From assembly GCA_964534375.1 (NCBI GenBank), contig CAZHPN010000185.1, forward strand, positions 1 through 11,492: DNA of 11,492 nt. The letters run 5' to 3'. This DNA comes from an uncultured bacterium. Lineage in GTDB: Bacteria; Lernaellota; Lernaellaia; Lernaellales; Lernaellaceae. The translations under genes were made by a program, and so were the position numbers. Of this stretch, positions 1 through 7,826 are shown piece by piece (position 1 is the first letter of the stretch; every line of letters starts with the position of its first letter). Under the pieces are notes generated by a model. The model searched no databases. It worked only from the letters and a program-made list of their open reading frames with translations, and had not been told where the DNA came from.

Positions 1-41
1 CGCGTGAAATCTTTGCACCAGAACAAGAAACAAAGGAATAG
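1..41 (+). CDS. Possible 3' end of an upstream gene (…REIFAPEQETKE*)
   Basis: The frame from position 3 is open to tandem stops TAG TAG (39-44) and is followed directly by a palindromic element, as other genes in the window are. Too short to identify. Confidence 0.3.
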   Translation, partial: REIFAPEQETKE

Positions 42-44
42 TAG

Positions 45-123
45 TACAGAGGCCGCAGAGAAAAGACTAAAAGAACACCCCGTGTCCTCTGCGTCTTCCC
101 CTGTGCCCTCTGTGTTTAGTTTT
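45..123. repeat. Intergenic imperfect palindrome built from 9-nt units, copy 1
   Basis: Left arm ACAGAGGCCGCAGAG (46-60). The reverse complement of the right arm (80-123), AAAACTAAACACAGAGGGCACAGGGGAAGACGCAGAGGACACGG, matches 6791-6834 at 36/44 positions by hand alignment. Confidence 0.8.
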
Positions 124-157
124 CAAATGCCGTACCTCCCGCAACGCGCAAATCTGC

Positions 158-187
158 TTGACGATGCGCCGACGGCGGCGCTACCAT
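158..187 (+). promoter_or_regulatory. Putative sigma70 promoter of the infA-like gene
   Basis: TTGACG (158-163), 18-bp spacer, TACCAT (182-187), about 60 bp upstream of the ATG at 246. Confidence 0.55.
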
Positions 188-245
188 AACGGCCGTTCAA
201 CCTGCAACGACGGCAGCAACGACCCGGAAGGGGAAAAAAGCAGCG

Positions 246-473
246 ATGCCCGATGACACGTATATCTTGGAAGCCGAAGTGATCGAGTCGCTGCCGAACG
301 CGATGTTCCGCGTACGCCTGAACGATCCGCCCCGGGACGTCATCGTGCACGTCGCCGGCAAGTTGCGCCGGCCGCGGCTGCGCATTGTGTTGGGCGACCG
401 CGTGGCGGTCGCGTTTTCGCCCTACGATGGCCCGATGGCAAACGGCCGCATTGTCGAGCGCCTGACGACCTGA
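246..473 (+). CDS. infA: Translation initiation factor IF-1 (divergent, possibly a paralog)
   Basis: 75 aa with IF-1 motifs: EVIESLPNAMFRVRL, HVAGKLR, RIVLGDRVAV, SPYD and GRIVER. Confidence 0.9.
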   Translation: MPDDTYILEAEVIESLPNAMFRVRLNDPPRDVIVHVAGKLRRPRLRIVLGDRVAVAFSPYDGPMANGRIVERLTT

Positions 474-609
474 ACCGCGCGGCGACCACATTGGGGAATG
501 CGGAACGAACCGACGCGGATCCTCTGTGCAAAATCAAGAAACTCGTGGATCGCAGGACGCAGGTTATTCGTTTTTCATCCTCTGCGACCCCGGCGCCTCT
601 GTGGTTCAA
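471..609. repeat. Intergenic palindromic element, copy 2 (decayed left arm), between convergent genes
   Basis: The right arm CTCTGCGACCCCGGCGCCTCTGTGGTTCAA (580-609) matches 6884-6913 at 24/30 positions. Its end GGTTCA is complementary to TGAACC (471-476), which overlaps the infA stop codon. Confidence 0.65.
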
Positions 610-651
610 ACGAAAAACTAGCAGCGCGGTGAAATCGTCCGATGTGCGGGG

Positions 652-873
652 CTACGTCTCTTCCTGGGTTTCCAAGGCGGCAAGCAGTTCGTCGCGATGT
701 TTGGCGAGATATTGGCGGGCCTCGGCCTCATCCACGCCCAGATCCAGCAAGATGTTTTGAATGAGGCTGCGGGCGGTTTTTCCGGCGATGCCCTTCACTT
801 CGCAGGCCAGCATCAGGATCGCGGCCCCGCGGACGGGATCGCCTTTGCGGTAATGTTTTCCGGCGCCGGACAT
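652..873 (-). CDS. Small hypothetical protein (73 aa), probably co-transcribed with ftsY
   Basis: The ATG is 4 bp after the ftsY stop with GAAGG upstream. The sequence looks helical and protein-like (ARSLIQNILLDLGVDEAEARQYLAKHRDELLAALE). Confidence 0.7.
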   Translation of the reverse strand: MSGAGKHYRKGDPVRGAAILMLACEVKGIAGKTARSLIQNILLDLGVDEAEARQYLAKHRDELLAALETQEET

Positions 874-877
874 CGAC

Positions 878-2290
878 TCAACCTTCCGCGGCTTCGAACA
901 GGGCCTCGACGAAGTCGTCCGCGACGAACGGCCGCAGGTCGTCCATCCGTTCGCCGATGCCGATGTATCGTACCGGAACGGCGAGTTCGTCGCAAATCCC
1001 CACGATGCAGCCGCCTTTGGCCGTGCCGTCGAGTTTGGTGATGATGAAACCGGTTAAGCCGAGCGCTTCGTGGAAGGTTTTCGCCTGCGCGATCGCGTTT
1101 TGACCCGTGTTCGCGTCAAGCACCAGCAGCACCTCGTGCGGGGCCGCCGCCTGCACCTTCTTCATGACGCGCTGCACCTTTTTCAGTTCCTCCATGAGAT
1201 TGTGCTTGGTGTGCAGCCGGCCGGCGGTGTCGACGATCACCACATCCACCGCCCGGTTAACCGCGGCTTGCACGGTGTCGAAGGCCACCGCGGCAGGGTC
1301 GGCGCCGCTTTTTTGCTTGACGATCTCCGCCCCGACACGCTCGGCCCAGATGGTCAATTGTTCGTCGGCCGCCGCGCGGAAGGTGTCGGCGGCGCCCATG
1401 ATGACCGTGCGGCCGTCTTTGACGACCATGTTGGCCAGCTTGCCGATCGTGGTCGTCTTGCCGACGCCGTTGACGCCCACCACCATGACGACGAACGGCT
1501 TGGCGGCGGCGACGTCCAGCGCGGCCTGATGCGGAGTGAGAATCCGCTTGATCTCGTCTTTGAGAATCGTGCGAATCGCCGCGGCGTCCTCGATCTTTTC
1601 CTGGCGCACGCGCTCGCGCAAGATCGTCAGCAGCTTGTCCGCCGTCGCCGGTCCGAGGTCGGCGGTGAACAGAATTTCCTCCAGTTCGTCGAAGAACGCC
1701 GCATCGATGCGCCGGCCGCGAATCAGCTTGTCGACGCGCCCGACCAGGCCGCCCGCGGTTTTCGACAGCCCACGGCGCAGGCGGGCGAACAAACTGATTT
1801 TCGGCGCGGTGATCGGCTCCGGAACCGCTTCTTCCGCCGCCTCTTCGACCGCGGGGGCCTTTTCGGCTGCTTCTGCCGCGACCTCCGCGAGGGCGGGAGG
1901 TTCTGCGGCGGGCGCGACCGGCTCGGGCGGCGGCGCGACGACCGGTTCGGCTTCAGCCTCCTCCGCCGCGACGAATTCCTCTTCGGCGAGCGGTTCCGCC
2001 GCGGCTTGCTCGTCGAGTAGCTGGGCTTCGATCTCCTCGTCGCTGAGTTCGCCCTCCTCTTCCTCGACGGCGACGGCCGCGGTCTGCGCTTTGGCCTTGA
2101 TCTTTCGCGGCGCGACGACCTTGGGCTTTCGCTGCCGCAACAGGCGGATCAGCAGCCAGAGCAGCAGCAGGGCGACCGACGCGGCGCCGGGCACAATGAC
2201 CTGAGCGTCGCCGATGGGCATCTGGGCGAGCGCGCAATTGATGTCTTCGAAAAACTGCCCGACTAAGGGCCACGAGGTCGGATCGTACAA
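878..2290 (-). CDS. ftsY: Signal recognition particle receptor FtsY with N-terminal hydrophobic anchor and acidic linker
   Basis: SRP GTPase motifs GVNGVGKTTT, DTFRAAA, DTAGR, TKLDGTAKGG and GIGE are present. Start placed at TTG 2290, which has GAGGGG upstream. The track start at 2341 falls inside the predicted promoter; ATG 2221 is an alternative. Confidence 0.97.
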   Translation of the reverse strand: MYDPTSWPLVGQFFEDINCALAQMPIGDAQVIVPGAASVALLLLWLLIRLLRQRKPKVVAPRKIKAKAQTAAVAVEEEEGELSDEEIEAQLLDEQAAAEPLAEEEFVAAEEAEAEPVVAPPPEPVAPAAEPPALAEVAAEAAEKAPAVEEAAEEAVPEPITAPKISLFARLRRGLSKTAGGLVGRVDKLIRGRRIDAAFFDELEEILFTADLGPATADKLLTILRERVRQEKIEDAAAIRTILKDEIKRILTPHQAALDVAAAKPFVVMVVGVNGVGKTTTIGKLANMVVKDGRTVIMGAADTFRAAADEQLTIWAERVGAEIVKQKSGADPAAVAFDTVQAAVNRAVDVVIVDTAGRLHTKHNLMEELKKVQRVMKKVQAAAPHEVLLVLDANTGQNAIAQAKTFHEALGLTGFIITKLDGTAKGGCIVGICDELAVPVRYIGIGERMDDLRPFVADDFVEALFEAAEG

Positions 2291-2331
2291 GGAAAATCCC
2301 CTCTGCGCAGCGCACTGAAAAAAGGCGCCGA

Positions 2332-2360
2332 ACCGTAGCAATGCGTTATTTGCGTGTCAA
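2332..2360 (-). promoter_or_regulatory. Putative sigma70 promoter of ftsY
   Basis: On the minus strand: perfect TTGACA (2360-2355), a 17-bp spacer ending TGC (extended -10), then TACGGT (2337-2332). Confidence 0.7.
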
Positions 2361-2580
2361 GATGAACAACCGACCCGCACTCGGGGTTCCGGATTCGGCC
2401 CGCCGCGCCGCGCGGCCGTCGGCCGCCGCCAGCCGTTCGAGCCACGGAGGCGCGGCGCGCAGCCGGAGATGCCGGCGTTGTGATGGCCAAAGCGTCACGC
2501 CCGGTGCGCTGAGAAGACCATTGGCCGCATGGTTTCTCTTCGCGACCTCCGCGGGCGCGGCGGGAAGTGGCTGGCCACAT

Positions 2581-2609
2581 TTGACCGCCGGCCGCGCCGA
2601 TGACAAGAT
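2581..2609 (+). promoter_or_regulatory. Putative sigma70 promoter of the xseB-dxs-tlyA operon
   Basis: TTGACC (2581-2586), a 17-bp spacer ending TGA, then CAAGAT (2604-2609). The -10 element is weak. Confidence 0.4.
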
Positions 2610-2646
2610 GCGGGTTCCGTAATCGGCGCGCGTCCAGGAGGGATCG

Positions 2647-2942
2647 ATGGCTCGCGAAAGCAAGAAAAAACCGGAGACCTTTGAAGAACGGCTGAGCCGG
2701 CTGGAAGCGTTGGTGACGCGGCTGGAGGCGGGCAACCTGCCGCTCGAAGACGCCGTGACCGCGTTCGAGGAAGGCATGGACCTCGCCAAGGGCCTGTCCG
2801 CCGCGCTCGACGCCGCGGAAAAACGCGTCGAAACGCTGCTGGTCGCCGACGACGGGACCGTGACGAAGCAGCCCTTTGCCGTGGCGGCCGACGAGGACGC
2901 GGCGGACGAAGACGACGACGCCGCGGACGAGGAGCACGACGG

Positions 2943-2946
<4 letters not shown>
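2647..2946 (+). CDS. xseB: Exodeoxyribonuclease VII small subunit
   Basis: TFEERLSRLEALVTRLEAGNLPLEDAVTAFEEGMDLAKGLSAALDAAEKRV is the XseB pattern. SD AGGAGG at 2636-2641; position upstream of dxs is typical. Confidence 0.95.
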
Positions 2947-4825
<1,879 letters not shown>

Positions 4826-4829
<4 letters not shown>

Positions 4830-5566
4830 CCGCCAAAACCCGCCTCGACCAGCTTCTCGTCGAGCGCGGCCTGGCGCCGTCGCGGGAAAAAGCCAAGGCG
4901 CTGATTCTCGCCGGCGAGGTCCTGGTGAACGATCGCCCCGGCGAAAAGGCCGGCGCGCCGACCGCTCCCGACGCCGAACTGCGCCTGCGCCATGCCGCCC
5001 CGGCGTACGTCAGCCGCGGCGGCGACAAACTCGCGGGCGCGCTCGACGCTTTCGGCTTCGACCCGGCGGGGACGTCGTTTCTCGACATCGGCCAATCGAC
5101 GGGCGGCTTCACCGATCTGCTTTTGCAGCGCGGCGCGGCGTTCGTCGCCGGCGTCGACGTCGGCTACGGCCAACTGGCGATGAAGCTGCGCCGCGATCCG
5201 CGCGTGCTGTGCGTCGAACGCGCCAACGCGCGGGAGTTGCCGGCGGACCTCTTCGGCGGCAGACTCTTCGACGGCGCGGTGATCGACGTCAGCTTTATCT
5301 CGTTGCGGCTCGTGCTGCCGGCGGCGCTGCCGCACGTGCGGCCCGGCGGCGCGATCGTGGCGCTGGTCAAGCCGCAGTTCGAGGCCGGGCGCGAGCACGT
5401 CGGCAAGGGCGGCGTGGTGCGCGACCCCGAAGCGATCGCGCAATGCGTCGACGATATCGCGGCGTTCGCGCGCACGCTCGGACTGATGGTGCGCGGGCGC
5501 GAACCGTCGCCGCTGGCCGGGCCGAAGGGCAACCGCGAGGTGTTTTTGTTTCTGGAAAAAGGATGA
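4826..5566 (+). CDS. tlyA: TlyA-family rRNA 2'-O-methyltransferase (S4 domain plus FtsJ-like methyltransferase)
   Basis: Start reassigned to ATG 4826 (ATGA overlap with the dxs stop), giving 246 aa. Motifs RLDQLLVERGL, YVSRGGDKL, DIGQSTGGFTD, DVSFISL, LVKPQFE and GPKGNRE; the K-D-K-E tetrad is intact. Confidence 0.96.
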
Positions 5567-5574
5567 ATAAGAAG

Positions 5575-5637
5575 CCACAGATTACACAGATTTCCCAGAT
5601 AATGTCACATTCATAATTTTTTCTGTGTAATCTGCGG
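5575..5637. repeat. Intergenic palindromic element, copy 3 (CACAGAT variant)
   Basis: Left arm has three 9-nt units CACAGATTA/CACAGATTT/CCCAGATAA (5576-5602). CCACAGATTACACAGA (5575-5590) is the inverted complement of TCTGTGTAATCTGCGG (5622-5637) at 15/16 positions, around an AT-rich loop. Confidence 0.85.
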
Positions 5638-5667
5638 ATACCCCAAAAAACCAAAGGATCCTAATCT

Positions 5668-6792
5668 TTGATTCGTCTCTTGCACACCGCCGATTGGCAT
5701 CTTGGTTTCGCCTTCGGCTCCTTCGGCGAAACCGCCGGCCGCCGGCGCGAGGACCAGCGGCGCGCCATCGACCGCACGATCTCCCTGGCGATCGACGAAC
5801 GCGTCGACGCGGCGCTGCTCTGCGGCGACCTTTTCGATTCGACCCGGCCCGACGCGGCGGCGCTCGCCTTCGCCCGGCAGGCGCTAGACCGCCTCGCGGA
5901 AAAGAAAATTCCGGCGTTCGCCATCGCCGGCACGCACGATCACCTGGGCGTCGAGTCGGCGCGGCCGCTGCTGGTCCACGACAACCTGCACTGGTTCGAC
6001 CGGCCGGGCTGCGCGCGTCCGGTGCGGCTGGCGTGCGCCGGCGACGACCTGTGGCTCTACGGGCTGTCCGCGCCGGCCGGGCGCCCGGCGGAACTCGAAT
6101 CGCTGCGGCGGCGGCCCGGCGGCGGGGTGCACGTCGGCATGCTGCATCCGACCTTGCTGCCGCAGGAAGGCTTGCACGTCGCGTACAAAGACCTGCCGGT
6201 CACGCCGGCGCAGTTGGCGGCGCTCAATCTCGACTATTTCGCCCTTGGCCATTTTCACGATTTTCGCGAGATCCGCGCCGGCGGCCGGCTGCTCGGCGCG
6301 TATTGCGGCACGCCCGAGGGCCTGCGCTTCGGCGAAGCCGGCCCGCGGTACGCGCTGCTCGTCGAGTTCGGCCCCGCGGGCGCGACGGTGCGCGCGCAGC
6401 CGGTCGGCGAGGGGCTGTGCGTCGAACAGACGCTCGACGTCGCCGGCGCGGCGGACGATGAGGCGCTGGTGCGGCTGCTGGCCCGCTGCGGCGGCGCGAA
6501 CGTCTACGCGCGGCTGCGCCTGAGCGGCCTGCTCGACGAGCCGCTCGATCTGGATTCGTTGCGCGCCCAGGCCGCGCCGCAGTTTGCGTATCTGGAGTTG
6601 CTCGACGAAACCGATCTCTCCGGCAGCCTGCGCCTGCGCGACGTGGCGCGCGAGCCGTCGGTGCGCGGCCGGGCGATCGGCGGCCTGCTGCGCAAACTCG
6701 ACGCGGAAACCGACGCGCAGCGCCGGCGCGTGCTGCAGCGGGCGCTGGCGCACCTCGCGCTGGAATTCGAACGGCATCAATTGCGACTTTAA
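5668..6792 (+). CDS. SbcD/Mre11-family (YhaO-like) metallophosphoesterase DNA nuclease
   Basis: Calcineurin-like phosphoesterase motifs LLHTADWHLG, GDLFD, GTHD, GMLH, YFALGHFH and YCGTPEG. TTG start with AAGGA upstream; a partner ATPase lies downstream. Confidence 0.9.
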   Translation: MIRLLHTADWHLGFAFGSFGETAGRRREDQRRAIDRTISLAIDERVDAALLCGDLFDSTRPDAAALAFARQALDRLAEKKIPAFAIAGTHDHLGVESARPLLVHDNLHWFDRPGCARPVRLACAGDDLWLYGLSAPAGRPAELESLRRRPGGGVHVGMLHPTLLPQEGLHVAYKDLPVTPAQLAALNLDYFALGHFHDFREIRAGGRLLGAYCGTPEGLRFGEAGPRYALLVEFGPAGATVRAQPVGEGLCVEQTLDVAGAADDEALVRLLARCGGANVYARLRLSGLLDEPLDLDSLRAQAAPQFAYLELLDETDLSGSLRLRDVAREPSVRGRAIGGLLRKLDAETDAQRRRVLQRALAHLALEFERHQLRL

Positions 6793-6913
6793 GACTAAAC
6801 GCAGAGGGCCCAGAGGGGGGCACAGAGGACACGGAGCGGCCAAGCTGCCGATATTGGTCCCATAAGTCCCATAATTTGTGATACTCTGCGATCTCTGCGC
6901 GTCTGTGATTGAA
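6791..6913. repeat. Intergenic palindromic element, copy 4, with a nested 9-bp tandem duplication
   Basis: Left arm CGCAGAGGG CCCAGAGGG GGG CACAGAGGA CACGGAG; right arm CTCTGCGAT CTCTGCGCG TCTGTGATT. 6800-6815 is complementary to 6884-6899 at 13/16 positions. The spacer contains GTCCCATAA twice (6857-6874). Confidence 0.85.
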
Positions 6914-6961
6914 GCCAAGAATCTTTGCGCCGCGCAAAGAGAAACAAGGAGGGTGAGAAGA

Positions 6962-7825
6962 ATGCAAACGAAATCGGGAACGAAACGTGTGCTGATCGCG
7001 CTTTGCTTGTTCATGGTCCTGTGCGGGTTGATCGCCGCCACGGTCGCGGTTGCGCAACGGGGCGACGCCGGCGCCGCCGCGACCGCGAAAGCGGCGGTTC
7101 TTCAGGATCCGCCGATGAAGGTGATCGGCGTGATCGGCGGGGTGAGCTGGGTGTCGTCGATCGAATATTATCGCTTGATGAACGAGATGGTCGCCGCCGA
7201 GTTGGGCGGCCTGAATTCGGCAAAAGTCCTCATGTATTCGATCGAGTTCGGGGATTTTTCCAAGCAGGAACGCCTGGCGGCAAGGGGCGATTGGGCGCCC
7301 CTGAAAAAAACGATGATCGACGCCGCGCAACGGCTCGAGCGCGGCGGCGCGGATTTCATCGTAATCGCCTCCAACACGATGAACTCGACCGCCGATGACA
7401 TCATGGCGAATGTCAAAATTCCCGTGCTCCATATCGCCGACGCGACCGGCGCGAAGGTGAAGGAAAAAGGCCTCAAGACCGTCGCCCTGCTGGGCACGTC
7501 GTACACCATGGAAAACAACTTTTACCGCGACCGCCTCGAAGGCAAATACGGGCTCAAAGTGATCGTTCCCAACCAGGCCGAACGGGACTACATCAACAAG
7601 GTCATTTTTGATGAATTGTGCGCCGGACATTTCCTCGACGAGTCGCGAGCCGGCTTCGTGCGCATCATCAATCGCCTGGTCAAGGAACAGGGCGTGCAGG
7701 GCGTCATCCTCGGCTGCACTGAGATTCCGCTGCTGGTCAAACAAAAGGATGTCGGCGTCCCGGTGTTCGACACGACCGCCATCCATGTCGAGGCGGCCGT
7801 GAAATACGCTCTGCACGGGAAATAG
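6962..7825 (+). CDS. PLP-independent aspartate/glutamate racemase family protein (YgeA/RacX-like) with predicted signal peptide
   Basis: MKVIGVIGGVSWVSSIEYYRLMNE, GADFIVIASNT, IPVLHIAD, LLGT and VILGCTEIPLL. Start placed at ATG 6962, with AGGAGG at 6947-6952; 287 aa. Confidence 0.92.
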   Translation: MQTKSGTKRVLIALCLFMVLCGLIAATVAVAQRGDAGAAATAKAAVLQDPPMKVIGVIGGVSWVSSIEYYRLMNEMVAAELGGLNSAKVLMYSIEFGDFSKQERLAARGDWAPLKKTMIDAAQRLERGGADFIVIASNTMNSTADDIMANVKIPVLHIADATGAKVKEKGLKTVALLGTSYTMENNFYRDRLEGKYGLKVIVPNQAERDYINKVIFDELCAGHFLDESRAGFVRIINRLVKEQGVQGVILGCTEIPLLVKQKDVGVPVFDTTAIHVEAAVKYALHGK

Positions 7826-7826
7826 C

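Noticed and set aside
4..189. 61-aa ORF, and similarly 340-609 (-), 491-760 (+) and the 6878-6961 extension of the racemase
   Set aside because: They largely translate the repeat arms (SSASSPVPSV, NHRGAGVAE, LCDLCASV), whose 9-nt period tends to keep frames open.
220..245. CCCGGAAGGGGAAAAAAGCAGC resembles the SRP RNA domain IV motif, tempting near ftsY
   Set aside because: The spacing is wrong, the upstream CAGG and long flanking helix are missing, and it is better explained as the infA ribosome-binding region.
1070..2204. Plus-strand ORFs of 140-316 aa
   Set aside because: Antisense to ftsY, with low-complexity translations typical of shadow frames.
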